Shown here: piece by piece, positions 11,473 to 23,433 of the stretch
Layout of the letters: every line of letters starts with the position of its first letter
How positions within the stretch are numbered: the stretch's first letter is position 1
The notes under the pieces: generated by a model
Seen by the model: only the letters and a program-made list of their open reading frames with translations
What the model was told of the DNA's origin: nothing
The model's database searches: none
Made by a program: the position numbers and the translations under genes
NCBI GenBank assembly: GCA_013265495.1
Contig: MU058781.1
Coordinates: forward strand, 9,839,009 to 9,903,008
Direction of reading: 5' to 3'
Length of the DNA: 64,000 nucleotides
Source: Vicugna vicugna
Lineage: Eukaryota

Positions 11473-13011
11473 CGTTGATTTGGGAAACTCATTTTCACTT
11501 CTTTTGGCCTAAGTTTTCTCAACTATGAAGGGAAATTAGATCAGAAAATCCTTTACATTTCCAAGATTGTGCAAATCTGTGTATAAAATGTGATCTCAGG
11601 CTGAGTTTTTGTTTGTGGCTTTCTCAAAAAGAAAATTACCGATTTGTTGTGTAGCTTCTTTGCTTGAATCTTTTATACTCTTCATTACCTGCTCTATCTC
11701 ACAGTGTATCTGTCTAGCTTCACTCATGAAAATCCTTGATAGAAATAATAACTCTACTGTTACAGGATACTGTTTTTATCTCTTTGGTCTTCCATTTACA
11801 AGGCTGAGCTATAGTCAGTGTACTCTAGTAAGAAGAATTATTTCAGAATGTCAGTATGTCACCTTGAAGACGTTTACCAGTTTAAAAATGGGTCTTAAAG
11901 TATACAGAAGAGGCATAATTTGCATACTTTTGTTTCCTTCAATAGTGTTTTTCCAAATAACATACCTGTCCTGTCTCTATTTGCTTGAAGCTGTATAGAA
12001 TGCATCCTCTTGTTGAAAGAGAAAATTAAGTACGCATTAGGTAACTTGTATCTGGAATAGCAGTTCAGATTTAGCCCAGTCATCATCTAATCCAGGATTT
12101 AATGTCATTTGGGGACCAAAGTCCCTGGGAGGATGGAATTCATGTAAATTGTCATTAACCTCAACTTGTCATTCATTGTGTTATGTGCAAGGACCCATGC
12201 TATGGGAAGAGTAGGAAGAAGAGCAGATTCTGAGAGATTCAGTTTCTCCATCTCTGAGATGCTTACAGTGATGTATCACACAAAGAAGTGAGGTGGTGTA
12301 TGTAAAACACCAGTTTCTGGCATGGTTGAGATACTCAGTAACTAGTAACTTCAATGCACTGAGTGTAGCTCTTGTTGCCCTGAAGGAACTGAATTTAAGT
12401 AGTGGGAATTGGTGTTGTCCAATTAATTCACTATGATATAAGCCAGAATGTGGTCAGTAAGGTAAAAATGGTGAGAACAAAATTAGGAGGCAGCAGGGAG
12501 GGAGATGGTACTTTTGTCTAGAAAAATTAGGTAACGATTCATCAGGCGGTGTCCTTTCTTTTGGACCTCAGCAGAGAGATTAGGTATTCATACATAGTGG
12601 AAGGATTCTGTGTTGTAGACTCTCCTTCGGGTATCCGCCATGGTGAGGATAATACAGCTCAGAAATTGAACTTCTGTGGTAAAGTATCATAATCCTGTAG
12701 GATGAAGTGGATTCACGTGGCTGGTTCAGAGCCCTAGTCAGCCTTTTTTGTCAATGACTTGATTATCACATTATATGACGTGAAAGTGGGAGGGCTAGTG
12801 TGTGTTGAATAACAGATTGCAAATCCAGTGGTTTCAAGCTACTAAGATGATGATTAAAAGCAAATGCATTTACAGTTCTACAATTATGTCCAAATAATTA
12901 GGCATAAGCGTTTGGGTGGAAGAAAAAAACCTCAGTGATTTTAGTCCACTGTAAGTTGTGGGAGGTAGCATGTGAAATTTCATTGAGATTTTACTGCAGT
13001 AATACAATCGT

Positions 13012-13420
13012 TTTAATATTCAACAAACACCTAATGAAGACCTGCTGGGTGCAAAGAACAGACAGCAGTGAAGCATACACACAGGGATGTTTTACTCTCA
13101 GGACTTAAATTTTGATAGAAAAACAGACATGACATGAATTTCACAGTTAAATGTTGCACTACAATGGGGACACATGTTGGGAGGGAAGAGCACATGGTGC
13201 CACATATGCACATAACAAGAAGACCCGAGCTGTGTCAGAGTCAGGAAAGGCTTCTGTGAGAAAGTGATTTTGACTGAGATCTGAAAGATGTTTAGGAATT
13301 AATCAGGTGAAAGAGAGAGGGAGTCTTCCAGGTGGAGGAAACAGCATTTAAAAAGATCTTTAGCCAAAAATGAGAATATAGATTGAGAAGAAAAGACATG
13401 CCGGGATTGAACCTTAAAGG
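13012..13420 (-). mobile_element. L2 3' region
   Basis: attcaacaaacacctaatga...gagtcaggaaaggcttctgtgagaaagtgattttgactgagatctgaaagatg. Confidence 0.75.
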
Positions 13421-14099
13421 AATTTAGTTCCATTGGTAAGACTTTTGATAACTGGACAACTAATATAAGGTGGAATGTGACCAGTGCTGTGGAAGGGATA
13501 AGAGTCAAGTTTTGCTAAGTAGAAGGGGTATTTCCATTTGCCTGGGGAATTTGGTGAAGATTCACCGAGAAAATGACATTGCAGTTGGGTCTCTAAAGAA
13601 AGCTCTAGTTTTGGTAGGCAGAGTTGGGGTGTTCTCAATATACCAACACTGGTTAGAGGAGGGTAAGAGAGCTGTACTTTAAATTATTAAACAGAGAGGT
13701 ACAAGGGAAATCAGGAGAATATGAGATCACAGGAGTTAAAAGGAAGACAGCATTACAAGGAGGGGGGTCACAATTTGGAATGATTTAACAGCTTTTAAAT
13801 AATACGAGGACTGAACTATATCCACTATATTTACGGAACTGCAAGTTACTGGTGAACTTAGCATGAATATAAACATAACACGAACATCAGCTGTTAGTGT
13901 AAAGTGAGGACATGGAGATAACAAGAGCTAGAAGGATTGTGGGATTCCAATGGCAGGGCCCTTGTGATGTTCGTTTTTTGTGTTTTTGGAAGGAAGCCTC
14001 ATTACAGTAGACATGTAGTACTTATACAAAAATTAATTTCAGTTGTTGAATGAGTGAATATGTGGGAAAAGAAAGGTTAATTATACTAGAAATAGGACA

Positions 14100-14330
14100 C
14101 GACTTTGGGGAACAAGAGTTGAGATTATACACTGGTTCTAGCAAATTACTAACTTTGTGACCTTGGGCAAGTCTTTTAACCAACCACACTGAGTCCTAGT
14201 TTCCTCACTTATAAAATGAGGATAACGATAACTGATCGTATTTCTCTAGAGGGTCGGTGAAAGCAAGACACTTTGGATGAATGTACTTTGACTGTAGAGT
14301 TCTTACCTAATAAAAGGTATTATTTTAATA
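14100..14330 (+). mobile_element. MIR
   Basis: tgtgaccttgggcaagtcttttaacc...gagtcctagtttcctcacttataaaatgaggataa. Confidence 0.85.
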
Positions 14331-14564
14331 TTAGAAGGCATAGAAGCTATACCAAAGCATAAAGGACTTCAGTTCCTCCTCTTAAATGACAGTTCCCAGT
14401 GGCACATGTCTTAGTCTGAGCCAATGGCAATGACCAGAGGAGACGTGTGCCGCTTCCAGGACTCAGCCATTGCGACCTCTCACAAGGGCTCCTACCTGCT
14501 CCTTCTGTTTCTGCTGGCTTGATGCAGGGGAGGGGGCTTTGGAAGATAGATACTGATGGATGTA

Positions 14565-15000
14565 CAGATTGTTACTACCAATTTGGAAACTAATTTGCCC
14601 AGAGCTTCAAAATTTGGACGTTCTCATACTTCAGAGTTCTGCTGTTGTACTCCTAAGGATATTTACTCTGGAGAAACTTGCAAATGCTCTTTTAGAGACA
14701 TATGTGAGTGGATTTATTGTTTATACTAACTTCAAACTGAAAACAGCCCAAATGTCAAAAGCCAAATGCCCAGCAACAGAAGAATGGAGGAAACGATTTA
14801 TATTCACCGAAAGATTAAATAACAGTGAAAATTAATCCCTATATCTACGTGAAACTACGCAGATGAGAGTAAGAAGTATAATGGTAAGTGAAAGAAACAG
14901 GTCACAAAGGAAAGGACGTGTGATAAAATTATCAAAAAACTAAAAAACAGAGAAACAAATAGGCAGGACCAAATGCTGTATTTTTCAGCACCATAAGCAT
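14565..15000 (+). mobile_element. Old L1 (L1ME-like) 3' fragment
   Basis: ctcctaaggatatttactctggagaaac...aaactgaaaacagcccaaatgtc...caacagaagaatgga. Confidence 0.65.
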
Positions 15001-15029
15001 TTGTGATTTTTTTTTTAAGTGGAGGAGAA

Positions 15030-15572
15030 TTGTATAAGTAATCTGTTGCCAAAACAATTCTGTAAATGACGACCTCAAAACGTATTGGCTTCATGAAAGA
15101 GACAGGTGCTAATATCTAGCTCACAAGTCTGCTGCATTCATCTGATCCTGCTGGTGCTCTGCTGATCTGGGTTAGGCTTGCTCATACTTCGTGGGGGCTA
15201 CAGGTAACCCAGATGGTTCTGCTAGTCTTGGTTGACACCTGTTCTCAGCTTGGCTATCGACTGAGCTAAGATAAACATGATCTAGTGTGAACAGCTCTGC
15301 CTCACGTGTCTGTCACCATCAGTAGGCTAGCCTGGCCCTGCTCTCATGGCCAGCCCCGGAGGGAAAGGACAAGCAAGCACATTCCTGCAAAGGGGCAAGG
15401 AGGAAGAGGCACGTGCTTTCCACAGCTCTACTTGCATCGCGTTTGCTTACATCCTGTTGGCAAAAGCAAGTTACGTGATCCAGCCTGGGCTCAGAATAGA
15501 CAGGGACAATAATGTTACAGGCCAGAGGCCGTGGGAGGACATTAGTGGAGCTGTGAATGCAATCAATCTGCT
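15030..15572. mobile_element. MLT1 solo LTR
   Basis: ggctagcctggccctgctctcatggc...tgcttacatcctgttggcaaaagcaagttacgtg...tgcaatcaatctgctaca. Confidence 0.75.
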
Positions 15573-15799
15573 ACAAGAACACTCACCACAGAATTCAGGA
15601 TGGCGGTGATGATTCCTGTCAGGAAGGCAGGGGTGGAAATGAGAAAGAATACACAGGGGGAAAAGAACCTTCCAATATATGAAAAACTGAAGGGCCCATT
15701 TAGGAAGTCCAGTGGAAGAAACAGCCTCTCGAGTCTCTTTTTGAATTCCTGCAAAATGGGCTATTAATTGTCACTTTTTAATAGAAGAGTGTGACTTTG

Positions 15800-15802
<3 letters not shown>

Positions 15803-15839
<37 letters not shown>

Positions 15840-15855
15840 AAAAGAAAAAAAGAAG
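15803..15855 (+). repeat. Poly(A) tract (35 pure A plus A-rich extension)
   Basis: Directly visible. Confidence 0.95.
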
Positions 15856-18800
15856 TTGAAGGGCAAGCTTTGTCAAACCGGTGAGAATTCTCTTTCTCCT
15901 GGAGACCTCAGCTCAGATTCCCTCAACATAGAAAATGCATGCTGGTACTGCTCTCTTCTCACTTCTCTTATGCTGTTTGTTTCACTCCTGGAACAAAGAT
16001 ACCGCAGTTTCTTTTGGGAAGACTTCCACATGAGTTTGAAAGAGTGTAGAATTTGGAACATGCTGTATAGTTAAGATAAAACTCCTGATTTTTTTTTTTT
16101 TTCAAAATGCTTCCCCATTGGACCTGGATCCCAGAGCTCTGGGGCTGGATTCATTCATGTGGGGCTGAAACTAGGTTTTTTCACCCCTCTCCAGAGGACT
16201 GCGAGATTTAAAAAAGGACACTTGCTGCTGCTTTTTTTTTTCACATCACAAAAGAATGAATGTTCATGCAGCCCTTTGAAGATGGGGTGTCACGCATGTG
16301 CTATTATTAATAATAAACTACAGATCTGCTTCACACCATCTGAAAAACAGGGCTGTGCCCCCATGAAAGGACTTTTATTTCCACCAGTCCTCCATTCTGT
16401 TTAGCCCAGATCCAGCTCAGCCTCAGACTGGGGCTGGTCTCAGAACACAGGGAAAGAAAGGAAGCAGCTGGAGGGAAACAAAACAACATATACCACCCAA
16501 TGTATTAGGAAAAGAAAAAGGAAAAAACAAGTAAAAAGGAGGCTTTTATAACCATTAGACATCAGTGCCACCCACTGCAAGCATTTTAACTGGAACGTGG
16601 GTTTGGGATGCAGCACCTGCTGAAGACAGGACTTAAAAGAGGCATATCTTTGATTCGTGATGCATTTTAAGAGGAAAGTGAACATTCCCAGGGTTCCTGA
16701 GCCTGCATGGACAGGAAAGAAGGCACTGATCGCAATCTGGTGTTAATCTTTCCTGCTGTATTTGCTTAGTGTTTGGAGTTGTTCTTTCTCTTTTCTGAAA
16801 CCACTAATACGGTTCCTCCAGTAGCTGTTTTTGCATTTACACGCTCCCTTCACCTGTCTGGGTTTTGAGGCCATAGCTGTGAAGTGAGGCTCCTGGAAAT
16901 AACAGTCCAGTCAAGACTCCAGGACAGGTTCCATTTGGAGAGGCGAATGCAAACACACAGAGCTGAATGCAAAGGACGGCTTCTGTGGGCCCCACCACCA
17001 ACAGGCACCCCCGCTGGCCACAGCAGCCTCAGCAGGAGCAAATTGGATAGCCGGGTCTGTTATTTTTGTTGGAAAAAAAATTTTGCACCTGTCTTTGGAG
17101 GCAAGATTCTCAACTCATTTCCTCGGTTTCAGCCTACCCTAGGATCTACTGGTTTGGGAGCTTGTGATTCAAAATGAACTCCAACCTTCTTTCTGAATTC
17201 CAAGGGTTTGTGGAAGGGGAAAGTAGGTCTTGCTCCACTTCAGGCCTGGACACTGAAGGTGTTGTATGTGGGAAAGGGACCCGGAGAGAGAAAGGGAGAA
17301 GGAGAGAGAGGGAGGGAGGAAAACAAGAGGAGCATAGACGAAACTCAAGGAAATCAAGACCATGCTGTGCAAAATTGTTACAGCTGTTTCTGTTTTTACT
17401 GGCTCTTTCTTTTGGCTTCACTTTTTCAGCAAGTGTGGTTCATATGAGCAGGAAGGCATCCAGCATGGCCAAGCTGCATGGGGGTGGAAGGAGGGTGGGT
17501 GGGGGAGGCCAGGAGCGGAGAGTCAGGAGGGTGTCTCAATTGTGTACAGCGCTCGGAGGGGAGACACATCAAAGCATTTCTTCCTGATAGTTTTGCAGCA
17601 GCCTTAGCAATAGAATTCAGATGCACTTAATAGAAAGCTCCTACAAGCCTCCCATCTCCCTGGCTGGATCAGGTTAGTGGTCCATTTACAGCGTTGTACT
17701 GGCGCTGGAAATGACGCTCAGATCTCTCTGAGGAAATAAAGTGTCAGGACACATCCCCTTCCCAATCTCTCCCCAGCTGTGATTCACCTAGACCATTGCA
17801 CAGGGCCCAACATATGGAGAGTGCATATTTTCCCTGGGGGACTCCATTTCTCATGGTAACAAATGGAATGAGCTATGCGCCTGCTCACTGACCCTACGAG
17901 GATCCTGGCAGCTGGGATACAGCGCCATAGGGCCTGGGGTAAGCTGTTCACCCACCTTGATCCCCCTGCTCAGCAGCTAGAAGGTGAGTCAGAAAAAGGC
18001 ATGTGAGGATGCCCACAATCTCTCTCGCCTACTTTCTTAAAACTCCCTGTTGGTGATTTAAATGACATCTTTAAGGTTTATAAAACTGCTTCAACTGGAG
18101 TTCTTGAGTTTGATACAATTCCTAACCACACTTGCTCTAACATACACACATACACAATACGCACACTCACATGCATGCTCTTAATCGAATTAATCCTACA
18201 AATGCTATAGAAATATTATTCTAAAGTACTGTTGTCCCCAGATGAGGGCAAGTGGGCAGGAGAACTGGGAGGTAAGGGATGTGATAAGGGGGAAATATTT
18301 ATTGTACTTATATTTGGTTGGCAGTTATAGCACAAGGGAAAATATAAGGAAAAGTTGACTAATGAAAAAACCCTACATCTGGTGATAAAATGTTGCATAC
18401 GCTCACACTGAAGGAGGAAAAAAATCCAAGCCAGTGAGTCCAGTTGCAGAGTGAAAGGCAAATCCCAACCCAGTGCCTGTGTGTTGATTCTGTTTTAGAG
18501 ACATACTTGGTTTTTCTGAACTGGACTTCTGACTTACTGGGCCACAGGAGGGAAACATCACAACTTACACGCTTCTGTGCTCTCATCTAAAAATGGAGCT
18601 GGACTCGGGAAGATGACTAATTAAAGGTTACAAAGCACTTTGAGACTATAAAACCCCAGATAATTGCAAACATTAAATCTAATAACATAATTAGGTGTTG
18701 AAGGTTGTGTCTTGGTCATTTTTTGTTTTCTGAATGCAGGAAAGGACTCCTTCAAAGCTTGTTCTGTTTATTTTCCTAAGGAAGTCATTGAATAACTTTA

Positions 18801-20079
18801 AAAAGTGGTGATTTGGACTAAGACTGTCTGGACAATTATATAGTTTGAGATGGACCCTGCCTTTCCTGCATTTTGTAATATCATTACTTCTATTCATTAT
18901 TTCTTTTCTCCTATGTGTTAACAGTGGCTGACAATACATCACTATTAACAAATACTAAATTTGTTTAAAACTTTACAGTTGAGATAGTTGTGGTAAATGT
19001 AGAGTGAGGCTGTCTGTTTTTGAAAGGCTTACTGACCTCTTTAAAGAGGAGAATGAATGATTTCAAGAATTAGCAATGCTTAGAGAAAGCTATTCTCTTG
19101 TTACAAAGGTTGAAATTGTTCCTCATGAAAAAATAACCTCACCAAATTTCATAGTTAGCACTGACACTTGAAGTTTGGGATAAAGAGTAGTTCATTCTCA
19201 GCTCAGCCTCTGACCCAATGTAAGGGTTGGTAATTTTTTTTTCCCTTTGGACTTTAGCCACAGAAAGGGTTGATAGTGCTAGACCCCAAATAAGGTAAGT
19301 ACAATTGAGGTTTGGAAGTGCACTGAATTTCTCTTCTTTGAGAACATTTTCCCCTTGTGCATCTGTTAGCTGTTACTACAAATCTGAGATCCCATTCATC
19401 AGTAGCATCTTTTACAAATGAAGAGTAGGTGTTTGCATATTGAGGTTCAGCCAGGCACCCCCATTGGTTGGCGAACATTGAACCTCACTTGCAAAAACAT
19501 GTTTCTGCTATTATCCTTACAGCGGGCTGTGTGTTCACACACAGGCACAGTTATGAGACTGAGCACGCCCTTCTTTGGGGTGTCCTTTGATCTTTTGTTG
19601 TTTGCCCCTTATGTCCATATGGCAATGTTACCAACCAGCGGGCAGTTCCTTTCCACTATGATTCCTCATCCAGAGTTTCCGCCTGTTGTTTTTTATTTGT
19701 GCCGGGCTCCAGATTGATGCCAGTATTTCAAAAGAGCGCACCTCATCGAATTGAGAAGCTCAATTTGCTTTAAGTAGCCATCAAATCTTACACTTAGATT
19801 TAAGTACCTGTTTGTACTCCAGTTTTCCTGCTATGCCATGACAACTTGGGCATCTCAAGAGAAACTAAGTTTTCTTGTGAGCCTGGGGAGACCTGTGGGA
19901 TTAGGTGGGTCATGAATACTGTCAGGGCAGTGCTCTCAGCAGATATCCATATTGGTCTTTACCAACTAGGGGTATATATAATGCTCACCCAGGCATGACC
20001 TCATCCAGAGAAAATTTATTGAAAATTTTCAAACCTAAAAAAAAGCTCAATTTGTGGATGGCAGTTTATATCCATTCTT

Positions 20080-20412
20080 TTTTTTAAATTCTTTTTTTTT
20101 TAAACCTTTTTTTAATTGAAGTATGGTCAGTTTACAATGTGTCAATTTCTGGTGTACAGCATCATGTTTCAGTCATACAGATACATACATATATTCCTTT
20201 TCATGTTCTTTTTTATTGTAGGTTACTATAAGATACTGAATATAGTTCCCTGTGCTATACAGTATAAACTTGATGTTTATGTATTTTATGTATAGTAGTT
20301 AGTATCTGCAAATCCTGAACTCCCAATGTATCCCTTCCCACCTCCTTTCCCCCTGGTAACCATGAGTTTGTTTTCTATGTCTGAGTCTGTTTCTGTTTTG
20401 TAAGTAAGTTCA
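20080..20412 (-). mobile_element. Young L1 3' end with target-site duplication
   Basis: T-rich tail then gaagtatggtcagtttacaatgtgtcaatttctggtgtacagc. TSD tttatatccattctt (20065-20079) / tttatgtccattctt (20413-20427). Confidence 0.92.
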
Positions 20413-20556
20413 TTTATGTCCATTCTTAAATTTTCTTCCTATCCCATAGTACCCAGTAACTCTAGTCCTGGAAATGCTTCCTTTTATTATTCTGGAAAAT
20501 ACCAAAGATCTGAGCGCATAGAAGTATGTGCTTACTAAGGGAGCTTGCTTTCTTTC

Positions 20557-20592
<36 letters not shown>

Positions 20593-21498
20593 AGAGCCTT
20601 CTGAAGCTCCTCCCTGGGAGAGATTAAATAAAGTCAGTGCTTCCTCACTTCCCAAAGTCTATCTCCACACATCAAACAAATGAAAATCCTTCCAAAACTC
20701 ATCTCCCTTCGTGCCCACACTCATATATGCTGTTTTATGTGGGTCGACCAAAGTCTTTTTCTGATTTTCCTCCCCATCTGTTCTTTGAATAAACATACAT
20801 CCTAAAGAGAAGAAGGACTTAAAGGATCAAATTTGGTTCCTGTATTTGGAAATGTTTTCAAAAGACCACACCGCACTTGGCTATTTGGTCAAATTAGGTT
20901 CCGTTTGCTTCTAATAACACTTAATTACCTCCCACATACTTCTCAGACTCTTCCACGTTTTAGTCTGCACAACTTAGCTGTTATGGTGTCCAAAAAAAAA
21001 ATTTTTTTTTCTTTTAATCAAGTGTGTATACCGGTAGAGCAGCTGGTAGAACTCTTCAGGTGACCAGAGCCACCCGTCTTTCCAGGTGACCAGACTGGCT
21101 GTGCTGGGAGCCTGGAATTGTAAAAACCAAATCATCAAAGAGATAGTTGGTTTTTAACTTTTTAAGTCGTTGTTTGGTTGCCATAGACACAGTACCTCAA
21201 TGTCTTTCCTTTATAAATAAATACACTAAACCATGTGCACTGGTGAAAGTACACCTCAGATCAAGTTACAGTATCTTCAAGGTGGGATTTGGTTATCCTG
21301 ATTAATTAGCTTTTATTTTTCTTTCTCCAGATTAAAAAGGAGGGGAGAGTGGAGTAAAGTCCTTCTGTGATGTGTAATGCATGTTTTCAGTTTTTAGTAT
21401 TTCCAACTTAAAACCTCTGGATAGGTTGAAAATATGTTTTTTAATCTGAATTGAATTCCAGTGACATAACTTACAAAGACTAGTTATTTTCATTGTCA

Positions 21499-21946
21499 CA
21501 GTTTAGTGGCAAACCTTTTTTATTTCAAAGGGCCAAATAGTAAATGCTTGAGACTTCGTGGATCAAGAGCAAAACTGAAGATACTATTTAGGTACTTATA
21601 TGATAAGAGAGAAAACTCTTACCTCACTACAGTCCAGCTGAATGCATTTGGGTCCTCCTGGGTGATGGGTGTATAGCTCACAACTGTTGCCAACTGGAGA
21701 CGTTCTCTAGTCCCAGGGAATGGGTCTTATTGGGCTGGCAGGAGTGTATGGGGCTCAAGGGGTGGGGATGGGAAAGGATGGGTAACCACTAGTCAGAGGG
21801 TAGGCATTGTGAGCAAAAGGGGGAACTGGGGTAGAAGGGGACATCCTAGCGTAGCCTCTATGGCTCCCAGTGTGAGGGCCCAAGGGCCACACAAATACAA
21901 GTTTTGGTCTGGATTTGGTTTCCTGCCTGTAGTTTGCCAACTCCTG
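21499..21946. mobile_element. MER58-family hAT-Charlie element
   Basis: ggcaaaccttttt...aagggccaaatagtaaat at the left end and ctggatttgg...ctgtagtttgccaactcctg at the right end. Confidence 0.75.
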
Positions 21947-21959
21947 GTTAGACAAATAC

Positions 21960-22320
21960 CTAGATCCCAGTGACTCCCAAATTTATATCTCCAGTCTGAG
22001 CTATCTGTTGTACATTTCCTCTTAGTTACTTGGCAGGCACTTGAAAGAAAGGATGTTCCAAGCGGAACTTGTTATTATCTTCTTCCCTCTGTGCCCCATT
22101 TCTGTAAATAGCACCACTGCTCACTGGTTGCCCAAGTCAGAAACCTTGTGTTCATTTTCAGTGACTCCTTTCCTTCCTCCTATTCTTTGTGCCATATAGC
22201 TGCTGGGCTGGAAGCAATGTAAAGGCAGGATTAGACCTAGCTTATAGTTATATTTCACACTCTTAGAGTGCCCGGAACACAGTAGGCTTTGAAAAACTGG
22301 TTGTTGAATTAATCTGTCAA
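21960..22320 (+). mobile_element. L2 3' region
   Basis: tgactcccaaatttatatctccag...agtgcccggaacacagtaggc...gttgaattaat. Confidence 0.8.
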
Positions 22321-22949
22321 TCATCAAGCTCAGTCATTTCTTCTTCTTTCATTCTGCCATTGAAATGCTTCCACAGCTTTCCTTTGGATAGAGAGTAAGT
22401 ATTTGGTAGATCATGCAAAGTATTAACTTTGTCTACCCTAAGGACTGACTGTATTAACATGAAATATACCAACATCTCTCATCCTTCATGCATGTCTCTA
22501 TTCAGGCAGTGCTGTTTCCTCTGCCTGCAGGACCTTTTCCCACGGGTTATATATAGTAACTTCCACTGATCCTTGGGGTTTGACTCACTGATCATCTGCA
22601 GGAAGCCTCCCCAGGTACCTCCCTGTTCATTGGGATTTTTTTTTGGATGCAGTAGGTTTTCCCATCTTCCACAACACTTCATCAGGGCTGAGGTTGTTTG
22701 CCAAGTGCGTGTAGCCCTTTTGAGATTATATAACAGCACGGAGGCACAACTTTGTCTGTGTATCCTCCTATCTTAGTTTGGCACTTGGAACACGACAGGC
22801 AAGAAATTATCATCCAGCCGAACTAAACGTGACCTCTCAGTGTGACAGAAACCTCAGAACACTGTCTGCATCCATGCAGACCTATGAGGGCCTTTTCTAG
22901 GCTCCAGTGGGCCTTTCCCAAACCAGTTTTTGTCTTGATCCCTAGGGAG

Positions 22950-23433
22950 TGAAACCGAGCAGGACCCCACAGGGCCTTCCCCAGGGAACAGATACCTCTC
23001 ACTTCTCTCCATTATGTCTGCCCGCCTCGTATTTGTAGAAAAGCTTTAGCTTTTCTTTTTCTTTCCCTCTTGAGAGAAGGGGAAATAGAGTTGGGGGGGG
23101 GGAAGGGGTTATTATGAGATTATATGAAATCATGTGTATGAAACTTTTGAAAATTGTAAAGCATTGTAGAATTCAAATAATTTTTCATTCAATAAAAATA
23201 AATGAAATAAAATGTAGAAACAAAAACATTCTCCCTGAAAGCTGTCAGGGATTTGGGCATTTGAGCATGACCTGCCCATTCTCCTTGCTTGGCCCCACGT
23301 TGGCCCCTCCAGTGTTTGGCCTCACCATGTTAAGTGCCCTGCAAAACACTGGGCTTTCCTTCACCACAACTCAGTGTCGATAGACTGGCCTTACTGTATG
23401 TCAACGAGCAGACCCAAGTTTGGTTCGGTAACA
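22950..23433 (+). mobile_element. ERV solo LTR (ERV1-like) interrupted by a LINE 3' end
   Basis: TG...CA termini (tgaaaccgagcaggacccc ... gacccaagtttggttcggtaaca) with near-TSD ggag/ggaa. Confidence 0.75.
23072..23215 (+). mobile_element. LINE (L1/HAL1-type) 3' end
   Basis: gggttattatgagattatatgaaatcatgtgtatgaaacttttgaaaattgtaaagca...ttcattcaataaaaataaa with A-rich tail. Confidence 0.7.

Noticed and set aside
17174..17587. 137-aa + ORF and overlapping ORFs in the GC-richer island
   Set aside because: Low-complexity translation of GA/G-rich DNA with no recognisable homology. ORFs are open in many frames simply because stop codons are scarce there.
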